Of a DNA stretch of 64,000 nt, positions 20,176-30,210 are shown piece after piece. The stretch spans positions 3,328,001-3,392,000 of the forward strand of contig CBDCKW010000009.1 in the NCBI GenBank assembly GCA_965218435.1, read 5' to 3'. Position 1 is the first letter of the stretch. Each line of letters starts with the position of its first letter. The stretch comes from Truepera sp. (GTDB lineage: Bacteria; Deinococcota; Deinococci; Deinococcales; Trueperaceae). The position numbers and the translations under genes were made by a program. The notes under the pieces were generated by a model. It saw only the letters and a program-made list of their open reading frames with translations, was not told the DNA's origin and made no database searches.

Positions 20176-20748
20176 ATGCTCGAGGGTATGAACCGACTAC
20201 GGCTAACTTTGCTCGCCTCACTACTACTGCTACCGCTGCTCGTCGGTTTTACCTTTGAATTAAGCACCAGCACCGTAACCTATACGGCGGCGGACGCAAG
20301 CGAGTCGTGGCAGGGCGTCGCGCCGCTTGAAGATGTGACGTTGACCCAAACCTCGGGTGGTCTTACGGTGACGACGGTGTTAGAGACCGGCAAGTTCAAC
20401 TCTGGCAACTTTGCCCGCGACGGCAACGCCCGGTTTACCGTATTTAATACCGGCAAGTTCCCTACCGCGACGCTCGAAGGAACGCTGCCCTTAGCTGCGC
20501 CACTGCTAGAAACTCAGGCTTCAGGTACAAAGACCGCAACGTTTCGCGGCACCCTGACGCTGCACGGCGTCACGCATGACCTCAGTTTTCCTATGGAGGT
20601 CTCGAGAGACGGCACCCAGGCAACCGCTGAGGGTTCATTTGCTGTTCTCTTAAGCGACTATGAGATGAAGCGCCCGAACTTTTTCGGTAACGAGGTCAAA
20701 GACAAGGTCAACCTCAACGTTTCGCTAGCGGGGGCTTTCGCGCCCTAA
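20176..20748 (+). CDS. YceI family lipid/polyisoprenoid-binding protein
   Basis: Signal peptide, SGNFARD, FPTA, GTLTLHGVT, SDYEM. Confidence 0.85.
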   Translation: MLEGMNRLRLTLLASLLLLPLLVGFTFELSTSTVTYTAADASESWQGVAPLEDVTLTQTSGGLTVTTVLETGKFNSGNFARDGNARFTVFNTGKFPTATLEGTLPLAAPLLETQASGTKTATFRGTLTLHGVTHDLSFPMEVSRDGTQATAEGSFAVLLSDYEMKRPNFFGNEVKDKVNLNVSLAGAFAP

Positions 20749-22390
20749 ACGGTGAGCGCCCAGCGCGCGCACCAGACCAGAGCAGCCATTCACACAGGAG
20801 CAACAAGAGCGCCCCGGCGACGAGCCACAAAGCCGGATTGCGAGTGGCCTCGGTCCCACCCTCGTTAGCGGGCGCAGCAGTTGGCGTAGAAACTGGTGTA
20901 GAAATTGCAGTGACACTCAGGCGCGACTCCGCTGCCGGGAGCGGCGCGGAGGTGTAGGTGCGGCCCTGAAGCGTCACCCGGCCCGGTTGGGTAAGGAAGT
21001 CACCACCACCCAGCGCCGTGCCGAGCGGAACCTGCGTCTCACTGCGAAATCCTGTCAGGGCGTTCGCAAGCACGATGGGAAACGCTGGACGCCGGGGCAG
21101 GTCACTTTGGGCCGGATTAAAGGCGAAGTAAAGAACCGTGCGCCCGGCCCCACGCCAGCGGAGCAGCACCGGGGTCAGGTCAGCCGTTCGCGCGAGTACC
21201 TCAGCCTCTGAGCGTGGCAGGGGTAAAGGGGCGCTCGAGGGTGCCACGACCGCACCGGTCAGGTCGGCAAACCGGAGCAGTGGATCGCTCTGCGTCCAGT
21301 CGGCAATTTCAGTGTAGCTGGGCGCGGCTTCGGGAGGCGCAAAGACGATCACGTTCCCCGCCGGAAGTGGTCCCGGTTGCCCGACAGCGAGGGTTACATC
21401 GGCGTCGGTTTGAGTCCTTACCGTATTGGGTAACGCCTTTACAAAACGGTCTAAAGCGGGAGCGTCACCGAGAAACCGAACCCGCAGAGAACGGCTACCG
21501 GCGAACGCTTCGTTATCCAAAGAGAGCGCGTCACCACTGCCTAACCCCTCTAACTGTGCCCGGTAGAGCCCAACTTCTGAGGCAACCGGTACCGAGGTGT
21601 TAGCTTGACCCCGCGCAGGCACTAAGAGGTTGGTACGCACCTCGGTCGTCCCCTCAGTCACACTGTCGCCGCTCCCTTCACTTAAGAGCAGTTCAACGGT
21701 CTCCGGCGCGTCTGAACTGTTGACGACCGAGACGAACAGCTGACCATAGGCGAGTTCAAACGCGCTGATGCCCAGGTTAGGGGCGTTTTGACCGACTGCG
21801 TGTTCTGTAACGTTGCGAAAACCGGCAGGTTTGGCCTGGTCGCTAAAAAGATGCACCTCAGCGCCGGGCACGAGGGAGCGGGCGAGTTCTAAAGCTTCAC
21901 TTACGGCAGCGCCTGCGTCGGCTGCGACAAGCCCGGAGAGCGCCTGCCGGACGCGCGCGTGCTCACCGGTAAGGGATTGCACCACCCGCGCACCGAGGCC
22001 CGCACGCACGACCGCGACCTGTCCGGCGTCGGCAAGGAGCGCGTCGGCCTCTGCGACGGCCTCGTCTAAGCGGGAGCCGCCCAGCTCGGCTTGGCTCGAG
22101 GCCATACTCGCTGAGGCGTCCACGACAAACACGCGGGGCGGCGCACCCGTTAAGCGGAGCCGTGGCTGCGCGAGCGCGAACGCGAGGAGCGCAGCGAGCA
22201 GCAGTTGCAAGAGTAGCAGCCAGGTCGGGGAGATGCGGCGACGGCGGCGCGCCGAAACTTGCGCTTCAGTCCACAAAAAAAGTGCCGAGACCACCTGTTG
22301 TCGCCGCCGCTGCCGCACCACGTAGAGCAAGATAATAAGTGGCAGCGTGAGGAGCAGCCACAAGGCGCTCGGCTCGAGCAGCGTCAACAT
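20714..22390 (-). CDS. BatA / vWA domain membrane protein
   Basis: N-terminal BatA motif (PLIILLY...SALFLW), MIDAS DASASM, C-terminal TM helix (LLLCEWLL). Confidence 0.85.
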   Translation of the reverse strand: MLTLLEPSALWLLLTLPLIILLYVVRQRRRQQVVSALFLWTEAQVSARRRRRISPTWLLLLQLLLAALLAFALAQPRLRLTGAPPRVFVVDASASMASSQAELGGSRLDEAVAEADALLADAGQVAVVRAGLGARVVQSLTGEHARVRQALSGLVAADAGAAVSEALELARSLVPGAEVHLFSDQAKPAGFRNVTEHAVGQNAPNLGISAFELAYGQLFVSVVNSSDAPETVELLLSEGSGDSVTEGTTEVRTNLLVPARGQANTSVPVASEVGLYRAQLEGLGSGDALSLDNEAFAGSRSLRVRFLGDAPALDRFVKALPNTVRTQTDADVTLAVGQPGPLPAGNVIVFAPPEAAPSYTEIADWTQSDPLLRFADLTGAVVAPSSAPLPLPRSEAEVLARTADLTPVLLRWRGAGRTVLYFAFNPAQSDLPRRPAFPIVLANALTGFRSETQVPLGTALGGGDFLTQPGRVTLQGRTYTSAPLPAAESRLSVTAISTPVSTPTAAPANEGGTEATRNPALWLVAGALLLLLCEWLLWSGARAGRSPFRARKPPLAKR

Positions 22391-22711
22391 ACGGGAAGAG
22401 TAAAAGAGGCATCACGCACGGTACGCTCTACTTTACCGCACATCTCACCCGTAGGTAGCCGATAAGTAGCCGAGGCAACACCTAAGCCGTATTCTGCTTT
22501 TATCGTCACGTTTTGTAAGCGTGAGAGACACCACTTCACTTTATAAGCTATCAGTTCTTAAGTTCCAGAGTCTTCATGGTCGCTATTCCGCGATACGCCG
22601 CAACCATCATCAGCTGAAAGGCAACTGAAGCACCAATCGCTGTCAGGGAACCTTCTAAGGTATAACCTAAAGCCATGTCTCAGCCCTCTTCCTTTTTTCC
22701 TCTGAGGCTTC

Positions 22712-23194
22712 GTGTTCCCTGACCCCATCTCCCTTCGGCAAGCTGTCGCCGAACTTTTGCAGGAGGGAAACGCGCACGCTCGGCTTGGGGACGCGCTTAA
22801 AGGTCTGCGCCCCGAATGGCGAACGCACCAACCCCCCGGAACACACTCGGTCTGGCAGCTTTTAGAGCACATTCGCATCACGCAAGAAGACATTTTACGC
22901 TATACCTTAGACGCAAACTGGCGTTCTCCCGTGTGGCCTCAAGGGTACTGGCCGGAAAATCCCAGCAATCTACCGGAGAGCGTATGGAGAGACACGTACG
23001 CGCGTTACGAACGTGATCTGCAAGACCTCGTGGCACTCGCTCAAAATCCGGCGTTTGAGCTTACCGCCGAAATTCCTCACGGCGAAGGCCGAACCTACCT
23101 GCGCCAACTCTTTTTGGTCGCGGACCATACGTCCTATCACACCGGACAAATCATCAGCCTTCGCCGCACCTTGGGTGCTTGGCCGCCCACGTAA
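22712..23194 (+). CDS. DinB family protein
   Basis: HSVWQLLEHIR and DHTSYHTGQI His triad. Confidence 0.88.
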   Translation: MFPDPISLRQAVAELLQEGNAHARLGDALKGLRPEWRTHQPPGTHSVWQLLEHIRITQEDILRYTLDANWRSPVWPQGYWPENPSNLPESVWRDTYARYERDLQDLVALAQNPAFELTAEIPHGEGRTYLRQLFLVADHTSYHTGQIISLRRTLGAWPPT

Positions 23195-23342
23195 GCTGCA
23201 ATTTGTTTAGGTATTGATAATGTAAAAATCCAGCATTCGGCAGCGTTATACGGTTTGACACCCTTTGGAAATCCGATAAGCACGCCTTTCGTTACGCCTT
23301 TCATTATTCATATAGGTGTGTATATGCAACTTAGAACTGCTT

Positions 23343-23555
23343 CTCGAGCTGTGGATAACTTGTGAATAAGTAAGGCTCGAGCTGTGGATAACTATGAGAC
23401 TTGACAAAACTGTGACAGATTTGGTAGCCGTTCAAATACTTAAGAAAAATGCAGAAACACCGTCACCAACGGTGAAAACCCTTGCTCGAGGGCATTTTTT
23501 GCGTCGTACGCAGTGAAATAGAGTTATCCACAACCTTACGACAAGCTGTGGATAA
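23343..23555. promoter_or_regulatory. Distal DnaA-box cluster (5 boxes)
   Basis: TGTGGATAA at 23350, 23383 and 23547; TGTGAATAA at 23361; TTATCCACA at 23524. Confidence 0.85.
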
Positions 23556-24222
23556 CTTCAGGGCTATAAGCGTTTTTGGCTCTGCGTACAAAATCTTGTA
23601 TCTTGTTAGCGTCTTTGACGCCAACCGTACTTTCTACACCCGACGCCACATCGACCGCGTAGGGCGAAAGTGTCCGAACGCCGGTCGCAACGTTCTCCGG
23701 CGTCAGGCCCCCGGCCAAGATAAGTCGCGGCAAGCCCCTTAGTCCGGTGGCAGCGTCCCAGGCAAACGCTTTACCACTGCCCGGTACTAGGGCGTCAAGT
23801 AGAGTGGCGTCGGCAGGAAACGCCTCGAGCATCGCCGGTTCCAGTTCGGGGGTAAAGCTCACCGCCTTAATTACCCTAACGTGACGCCGAAGCGCCTCAG
23901 CGTAGCCCGGTGACTCGTCACCGTTAAGCTGAACAGCGCCGAGCCGCAACTGCTGCGCGACCTCCACTACCTCACTCAGCGGCGCGTTGACAAACACCCC
24001 AACGGTTGTGACGAAAGGTCCGAGCGGTAAACAGATCGCCCGGGCTTGCTGGAGCGTGACTCGGCGTTTGGAATGCGGCGCAAAGATAAGCCCTATGGCG
24101 TCCGCCCCGGCAGCTTCAGCAGCGAGGGCGTCTTCGGGGCGGGTGACGCCACATATTTTAACGCGCACGGGTTGTACGGGTCCGTTAGAGATTTCGTTCG
24201 CGGTTTTTCCAAGTTTAGTCAC
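23536..24222 (-). CDS. trpF: Phosphoribosylanthranilate isomerase
   Basis: VKICGVT, GADAIGLIF, VGVFVN, LAGGLTPENV, VDVASGVE. Confidence 0.93.
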   Translation of the reverse strand: MTKLGKTANEISNGPVQPVRVKICGVTRPEDALAAEAAGADAIGLIFAPHSKRRVTLQQARAICLPLGPFVTTVGVFVNAPLSEVVEVAQQLRLGAVQLNGDESPGYAEALRRHVRVIKAVSFTPELEPAMLEAFPADATLLDALVPGSGKAFAWDAATGLRGLPRLILAGGLTPENVATGVRTLSPYAVDVASGVESTVGVKDANKIQDFVRRAKNAYSPEVIHSLS

Positions 24223-24252
24223 TGCGCGAGCACCATCGGGCTAGTATAAAGC

Positions 24253-24627
24253 ATGGCTGAAACGATCTTGCATATCACTACCAAGGCAGCCCGGGACGAG
24301 GCGCAGCGCCAAGGGGTTTGCAGAGCGCCTAGCTTGGAGAGCGAAGGGTTTATCCATTTTTCCAAGCCCGACCAGGTAGTCGCTGTTGCAAACTTTCTCT
24401 ACCGCGGCGTGCCCAATCTCGTTTTACTCTATGTTTTGCCCGAAAACCTCGCTGCCCAACTCGTTTACGAAGCTCTCGGCACAGACGAAGCGTATCCACA
24501 CCTCTACGGCCCACTTAACTTAGAGGCAGTCATCAAAGTTGTGGATTTTCTACCTCAAGCTGACGGCACCTTCAAGCTGCCAAAAGCTATTACGGGGTCG
24601 GCTACTCAATCCCCTGGAGATGCGTAA
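24253..24627 (+). CDS. DUF952 family protein
   Basis: ILHIT, EGFIHFS, YPHLYGPL. Confidence 0.88.
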   Translation: MAETILHITTKAARDEAQRQGVCRAPSLESEGFIHFSKPDQVVAVANFLYRGVPNLVLLYVLPENLAAQLVYEALGTDEAYPHLYGPLNLEAVIKVVDFLPQADGTFKLPKAITGSATQSPGDA

Positions 24628-24940
24628 ACGTATAGTCGGCCTCTGTGCCTAAAAACAGCAGCGCGTCAAAGCGTAAAGGCAGATCATCGCGTCCAAATTC
24701 GGCGGTAACAAAGTGCAGCGCGGCTCCCTGAAGTCGGATGAGTTTTTTTGAAGAGATCATCTCAGCCGGACTGCCGAAACGCACCGTTTTGCGCTGCTTG
24801 ACCTCAGCGACGACGATCACCCCGTCTTTTTGGGCGATTAGGTCAATCTCTGCGCCGCGCACCGTGTAGTTTTCAGCCAAAATGCGGTAGCCCTCAGCGA
24901 GCAGGTGCTGTTTCGCCGCTTCTTCCGACCAGTGCCGCAC
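24602..24940 (-). CDS. YraN family (UPF0102) nuclease-fold protein
   Basis: EIDLIA, EVKQR, RFD motifs. Confidence 0.9.
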   Translation of the reverse strand: MRHWSEEAAKQHLLAEGYRILAENYTVRGAEIDLIAQKDGVIVVAEVKQRKTVRFGSPAEMISSKKLIRLQGAALHFVTAEFGRDDLPLRFDALLFLGTEADYTFTHLQGIE

Positions 24941-24974
24941 CTAAACTCAACCCAGCCCACCCAAGCTCATAGGG

Positions 24975-25349
24975 TCAGCTAGGGCTCGGTAAGGGCGAAG
25001 GTGTTACCTCGAGCTGCTCGGCGTCGGCCCAGAGGCCCTCGAGGTCGTAAAATTCACGCGCTTCAGGGCTCATCACGTGGACGATAACGAAGCCGTAATC
25101 AATTAGAATCCACCGGGTCGAGGGACCTTCAACGGCTTTGGGCGGGTAGCCCGCCTCTTTGAGGCGTTCACGTACACGGTCTTCCATCGCTTTGAGTTGT
25201 ACGCTCGACTCGCCGGTCGCGACGACAAAGTAGTCGAGGGTCTCAGAAGCGTTACGCAGGTCTAACACGGTGATGTCTTTCGCGCGGCGGTCGTCGAGCG
25301 CGTCAACGATCAGCTGAACTTCTTCGGGAAACTGGCGGGTTGCAGTTAT
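24975..25349 (-). CDS. rsfS: Ribosome silencing factor RsfS (probable ATA start)
   Basis: DYFVVATG, WILIDYG, VHVM, REFYDLEGLW. The conserved N-terminal ALDDRRAKDI lies upstream of the ORF-track GTG; SD GAAGGAGG is 6 nt before ATA 25349. Confidence 0.9.
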   Translation of the reverse strand: MTATRQFPEEVQLIVDALDDRRAKDITVLDLRNASETLDYFVVATGESSVQLKAMEDRVRERLKEAGYPPKAVEGPSTRWILIDYGFVIVHVMSPEAREFYDLEGLWADAEQLEVTPSPLPSPS

Positions 25350-26668
25350 GGTTGGCCTCCTTCGGCGAGCTGAGTTACAAGCTTCGCCAGATAAAAGTTT
25401 CGGGCGTCTTGACCGAGTACGATTTCAACGTCTTCGTCCAGCATAAGCCGGTCTACCTGCTGCCAGCCTACGCCAAACAGGTCGGCGTAAAAAGGGGCGG
25501 CGGCAACCCCGGCGTGGGTGGTAATAACCCGGCTCACCGGATCGCGGGCGTCACGGCGAACATGGATACGCGCGGCAGGTAGGCCCAAACGGACGAGTTC
25601 CGCTTTGACACGCTCTGCGAGCCCCGGCACGCCGCTACGGTTGCTGAGCATCAGCGTGACGTGCGGCGTTTCGGTAACTTTACGCGCCTGCCCGCCAAAA
25701 AGTCCGGCTAAAAAACCCTCGACTTCGCTCGGGACAGTGCGGACGAAACGTTTGCTACCTTCAACGTCTTGGATGGGCAAGGTAACGGGGTCGAGCTTCA
25801 CCTCTCCCAACCTCGGGACAAGCTGAGTCAGAGCCTTGAGGCTGATATTGGTGTCCACTTCGGCAAAGAAGGTCTCGAGCAGCTTCGGCACCGTTGTAAT
25901 AGCACGTACGTTCAACTCTTGCAAACGGCTGAGCAGCGCATAAGCGAGCGTTTTGATGTTGTCAATCCGGTCAATGTCGCCGCGCAAAAGTTTACGGTAA
26001 CGGATAAATCCGGCGGCTTGCTCTCCATCGAGGCGCTGCAGTCCGGGTTGCAGGTCAATCGTCAGGCCGCCCGCTTGGTCAATGTAGTACATCCGCGCGG
26101 GAACCTCGAGCGTCACCCCGCCTACCGCGTCAACTAAGCTTTTGAAAATGTCTATATTGACGATGGCATAATAGTCCACCGGCAGGTCAAGCAGCGTACT
26201 GACGGCTTTACGGAGCGCGTCGGCGCGGTTGTCGGTACCGTAAAGGTTGGGATATTCATAAACCTCGTTGAGACCGATGCGGTTACCTTTAATACCCATA
26301 CTGCGCGGCACCTCTAACATGATGTCGCGGGGGATAGATACCATAAAGACGCGGTTGCCGACGATATTTACATACATAATCGTATCGGTGCGAATCCCAA
26401 GCTTCGGCTTAGTGACGTAACTGCGGACGAGTTTACCGCCGCGCATCACCATCGGCCCGGCCCACTCGTCATAGTTGTAATCACGGCCTGCAAGCACAAA
26501 ACTCATCTGGAACTCGCCCTTGGGATTGACGAGTGCCTGTTCTGACGGAGTTAAAACCGTACGCTGTTCAGCGCGGGTCAGCCAAAAACTGAGCAGTCCG
26601 AACAGCGCGAGGAGCAGCCCGAGCACGCTGAAAAGCCGCGCCAAATGCCGTGTCCGCTTTAACGTCAC
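25346..26668 (-). CDS. LytR-CpsA-Psr (LCP) family protein with LytR_C domain
   Basis: N-terminal TM, RTDTIM, SIPRD, VDAVGGV, C-terminal NRSGVPGLA...IVLGQD. Confidence 0.9.
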   Translation of the reverse strand: MTLKRTRHLARLFSVLGLLLALFGLLSFWLTRAEQRTVLTPSEQALVNPKGEFQMSFVLAGRDYNYDEWAGPMVMRGGKLVRSYVTKPKLGIRTDTIMYVNIVGNRVFMVSIPRDIMLEVPRSMGIKGNRIGLNEVYEYPNLYGTDNRADALRKAVSTLLDLPVDYYAIVNIDIFKSLVDAVGGVTLEVPARMYYIDQAGGLTIDLQPGLQRLDGEQAAGFIRYRKLLRGDIDRIDNIKTLAYALLSRLQELNVRAITTVPKLLETFFAEVDTNISLKALTQLVPRLGEVKLDPVTLPIQDVEGSKRFVRTVPSEVEGFLAGLFGGQARKVTETPHVTLMLSNRSGVPGLAERVKAELVRLGLPAARIHVRRDARDPVSRVITTHAGVAAAPFYADLFGVGWQQVDRLMLDEDVEIVLGQDARNFYLAKLVTQLAEGGQP

Positions 26669-26690
26669 GTTAGTAGGGCCACGAACGCAA

Positions 26691-27299
26691 TCAGCTCAGC
26701 CCGCAAATCTCTCGGTAGACCTTAAGCGTATCGGGATGAACCGCTTTACCTTTGGACCGCAGGTAGTTGACCTTGCTTGCCACCGCTCTTTGATACGCCC
26801 AAAAGAGGTTACGCATGGCGAGGGCGCGGATATCTTCGTTGACGCCGCGCCCCGGTTCAGACACGTCGGCGATATAGACGGCCATCCCGATGCGGTTATC
26901 GTGGGACACCCCGAAAACGTGTCCTTCAACGGCGTCTAACACGCGCTCGTCAGTGACACCCCAGGTTTCAACGAGCTGGCGACCCGCGCGGCCGTGCACC
27001 GCGAGCGGATGCTCACGTTCCAAGTCCGTCTCGGGAGGCGCGAGCGCAAATAGCTCTTCAGCCGACATGTCACGGGCAACGTCGTGAAGCACCGCTGCGA
27101 GGCTGGCGAGACGCACCTCGCTTTCAGAAAAACCGTTGGCCTTAGCGATGGTCTCGGTCAAAATAGCGACGCGGACGATGTGTTCAAACCGTTTCGCTGA
27201 AACCCGTTCTTTAACACGAGTACAGTAGGGCGCGATGCTGGGCCGGGTACAGGGGCTATTCACGGTAAAGAGCGGTTCGGTCAAGGTAGGTCTCCACAA
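26691..27299 (-). CDS. yqeK: YqeK-type HD-domain Ap4A hydrolase
   Basis: KRFEH, LHDVAR, HGRAG, YIADVSEPGR; follows nadD. The true start is probably slightly downstream. Confidence 0.85.
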   Translation of the reverse strand: MWRPTLTEPLFTVNSPCTRPSIAPYCTRVKERVSAKRFEHIVRVAILTETIAKANGFSESEVRLASLAAVLHDVARDMSAEELFALAPPETDLEREHPLAVHGRAGRQLVETWGVTDERVLDAVEGHVFGVSHDNRIGMAVYIADVSEPGRGVNEDIRALAMRNLFWAYQRAVASKVNYLRSKGKAVHPDTLKVYREICGLS

Positions 27300-27831
27300 G
27301 CTCGGGAACGAGATAACGCACGCTTTGATGACAGCTCAGACGGCCCCGAATATCGGTGCTCGAGACTTCACAAAGCCGCGTAGCGAGAGTTTGGACGCGC
27401 TCCCGGAAAGGCGGCGCTAAGTCAGCTAGAGTATACCCCGGCCGCGCCAGCGCAACCGTGTTTATTAACCTACTCAGTTCTTCGGCGCGGTACCAAGACG
27501 CGAGGCCCGCGGCCGCGTCCGCGCCGGTAATAAAAAAAAGCGTTTCCTCGGGGCGCGAACGCTTAACCTCTTGCACGGTATCAAACGTGTACGAAGGGCC
27601 GGGGCGGGAAAGCTCGAGGCTCTTGACCACAAACGCCGGGTTACTGAGCGTCGCTAAAATAAGCATCTGTAGCCGGTCTTCAGGGCTAGCTACCGCCGGT
27701 TTGTGCGGCGGCGTTTTAGCGGGGATAAACCAGAGCTCGTCAAGGTGGAGGGCTTCAAAGGCACCCTGAGCCGCCAGTAGATGACCGATGTGAACCGGGT
27801 CAAAGCGCCCACCGAAAAGCCCTAAGCGCAT
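27256..27831 (-). CDS. nadD: Nicotinate-nucleotide adenylyltransferase
   Basis: GGRFDPVHIGH, PPHK, SYTFDT, GAD, VSSTDIR. Confidence 0.95.
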   Translation of the reverse strand: MRLGLFGGRFDPVHIGHLLAAQGAFEALHLDELWFIPAKTPPHKPAVASPEDRLQMLILATLSNPAFVVKSLELSRPGPSYTFDTVQEVKRSRPEETLFFITGADAAAGLASWYRAEELSRLINTVALARPGYTLADLAPPFRERVQTLATRLCEVSSTDIRGRLSCHQSVRYLVPELVETYLDRTALYRE

Positions 27832-27873
27832 CCGGCCTGCCCCGGACGCACGCTGCGCTCAGCTGGCAGCGGT

Positions 27874-29277
27874 TTAAGCTTCGTCCCAGACATCTGACAA
27901 ATCTACCCGTTCACCGTCGCCTATTTGCTGGTCTATTTCCGAATCTATTTCCCGGTCTGCTTCTGTGTCCGCCTCCGGTTGCGCTGCGGCTGACTGCGCT
28001 GCAGCTGATTGTGCGGCAGACGTGTCGTCATCAAAATATTCAAACGCGGCGTCGCCGATATATACGTCATCCCCGGCCTGTGCGCCCGCGCGTTTAAGCA
28101 GCTTATAGACGCCCAAATTGATAAAGTGAGCTTGCAAGTAGGCGACGGCTTCACGGTTTTTCGCGTCAAAACGGGACACGACTCCGGTAATCTCCGAACC
28201 CGACACCTCCCACCCGGCACCGCCCAGTAACGCGGTCACGACGACCGGCTCGACGCTGACACGCGTCGGCGACAACGTCAGCGGACTCAGCTCGGTTCGT
28301 GTGGGCAAAAGGTCAAAAAGCGCCGCTTTCAGCTCCCTTAAACCCCGGCCCTCTTGCGCCGAAACCGGCAGCACCGGGAGGCCGAAGCGGGTCAGCTCAC
28401 CTATTGCCTCGGCAATCTCGCTCTCGGCGGCGACGTCGCATTTATTTAGCGCGACGAGCACTGGGAGCGTAAGCAAACTCGGGTCGTAAGCGCGCAGCTC
28501 GTTTTGTAACGCCTCCAGATTTTGGGCTGGCGCTTCGGCGATGTCGAGGACGTAAACTAGGAGCCGCGTCCGGGAGATGTGCCGGAGAAACTCGAGCCCC
28601 AACCCTTTGCCTTCACTCGCCCCTTCGATGATGCCGGGGATGTCGGCCAGCGTAAAGCGTTCCAGCTCACGTTCGACGATGCCTAAGTTCGGGCTCAGCG
28701 TAGTAAACGGATACGCGGCAATCTGCGGTTTGGCGTTGGAGAGGGCTGCCAGCAGGCTCGACTTACCGGCGTTCGGATAACCGACCAATCCTACGTCGGC
28801 GATGATGCGGAGCTCGAGGCGCAGCTCGCGCTTGGCCCCTGGCGTCCCGAGTTCGGCAAAGCGCGGAGTACGCCGCTGCGACGACGCAAATGAGGCGTTG
28901 CCGCGCCCGCCCAAACCCCCCGGTGCGACGAGCGCCCGTTCACCCACTTGCAAGAGGTCCGCGAGGCGTTCACCGGTCTCGGCGTCAAGGGCCAGCGTTC
29001 CGGCGGGTACGTGCAGGACAAGGTCAGCACCTTGCCGCCCCGCTTTATTGCGGCCTTCACCTTGTGCGCCGGTGCCCCCTTTATAGTGTCGGCGGTTGAC
29101 GAGCCGCTCTAAAGACGCCACGTCGTCTACCGCCTCGAGCCAGACACTCCCGCCGTGTCCACCGTGCCCACCGTCAGGGCCGCCTTTAGGCATATATTTG
29201 AGGCGTAAAAACGACATGCCGCCGTCCCCCCCCTTGCCCCCTTGAACCGTAATTGTAAGTGTGTCTCTTAACGGCAT
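27874..29277 (-). CDS. obgE: GTPase ObgE/CgtA
   Basis: Gly-rich Obg domain, [24 protein letters not shown] domain; tail carries 15-bp SAAAQ repeats. Confidence 0.96.
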   Translation of the reverse strand: MPLRDTLTITVQGGKGGDGGMSFLRLKYMPKGGPDGGHGGHGGSVWLEAVDDVASLERLVNRRHYKGGTGAQGEGRNKAGRQGADLVLHVPAGTLALDAETGERLADLLQVGERALVAPGGLGGRGNASFASSQRRTPRFAELGTPGAKRELRLELRIIADVGLVGYPNAGKSSLLAALSNAKPQIAAYPFTTLSPNLGIVERELERFTLADIPGIIEGASEGKGLGLEFLRHISRTRLLVYVLDIAEAPAQNLEALQNELRAYDPSLLTLPVLVALNKCDVAAESEIAEAIGELTRFGLPVLPVSAQEGRGLRELKAALFDLLPTRTELSPLTLSPTRVSVEPVVVTALLGGAGWEVSGSEITGVVSRFDAKNREAVAYLQAHFINLGVYKLLKRAGAQAGDDVYIGDAAFEYFDDDTSAAQSAAAQSAAAQPEADTEADREIDSEIDQQIGDGERVDLSDVWDEA

Positions 29278-29358
29278 CTCAACCTCGTCAGCCCAAGCTA
29301 GCGGCCGTCAGTAAAAAGGCGCGAGCGTGCTGCCCGCGCCTTGTCATACGCATTTGCG

Positions 29359-29634
29359 TTAATCTGCGGCGATAGCCTCGGACGCCTCTTCAACGCTGAT
29401 AAAGCGGCCTTTAACGCCCCGGTTATGAAACTTGACCACGCCCTCGCGCAGCGCAAAAAGTGTAAAGTCGCGCCCCTGACCGACGTTGAGACCCGGCTTG
29501 AACTTGCTGCCACGCTGCCGCACCAAAATGTTGCCAGCCGGAACCGTTTGGCCTTCAAAGCGTTTGACGCCGAGCCGTTTTGACTGGCTGTCACGACCGT
29601 TCTTTGAACTTCCTACACCTTTTTTGTGTGCCAT
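29359..29634 (-). CDS. rpmA: 50S ribosomal protein L27
   Basis: [16 protein letters not shown]. Confidence 0.98.
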   Translation of the reverse strand: MAHKKGVGSSKNGRDSQSKRLGVKRFEGQTVPAGNILVRQRGSKFKPGLNVGQGRDFTLFALREGVVKFHNRGVKGRFISVEEASEAIAAD

Positions 29635-29654
29635 TTCGTCCTCCTAAGGCCCGC

Positions 29655-29960
29655 TCAGCTGCCGATTTCAGTAATGCGAACTTCGGTGTACCCCTGACGG
29701 TGACCCGTTTTACGGCGATAGTTCGATTTCGCTTTGAATTTATAGATGTACAACTTTTTGCCGCGTCCGTGGCCGACGACTTCGGCTTTGACGCTCACGC
29801 CTTCGACGAAAGGTGCGCCGACTTTGACTTCGTCGCCGCTCAGCAGCATCACATCTAAATCGACGGTATCGCCGGGTTCTGCGTCTAAGGTCTCGAGCCT
29901 TACGACGTCACCTTCAGCGACGTTATACTGCTTGCCTCCACTTTGAACAATTGCAAACAT
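29655..29960 (-). CDS. rplU: 50S ribosomal protein L21
   Basis: MFAIVQSGGKQY...GHRQ. Confidence 0.98.
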   Translation of the reverse strand: MFAIVQSGGKQYNVAEGDVVRLETLDAEPGDTVDLDVMLLSGDEVKVGAPFVEGVSVKAEVVGHGRGKKLYIYKFKAKSNYRRKTGHRQGYTEVRITEIGS

Positions 29961-30052
29961 GCGTTCCTCTCAGAGCATTTGGGCTCATTTCACTGGCTCT
30001 ACAGCTTACGAAGAGAAGCCCCAAGCACGACCGGCTCAGGACTCAACTAAGA

Positions 30053-30129
<77 letters not shown>

Positions 30130-30210
30130 AAAAACGGCTTTACAGCCGTATTAGCCCAACTATACTACCGAGTTTTCCCCAGCTATGTCAACAAAATGCA
30201 CGGCCTGGGA

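Noticed and set aside
22560..22680. Possible riboswitch between the vWA and dinB genes (GCTGATGA, ATGGT...ACCAT)
   Set aside because: Could not build the fluoride-riboswitch pseudoknot or any other known fold; an Rfam scan would settle it.
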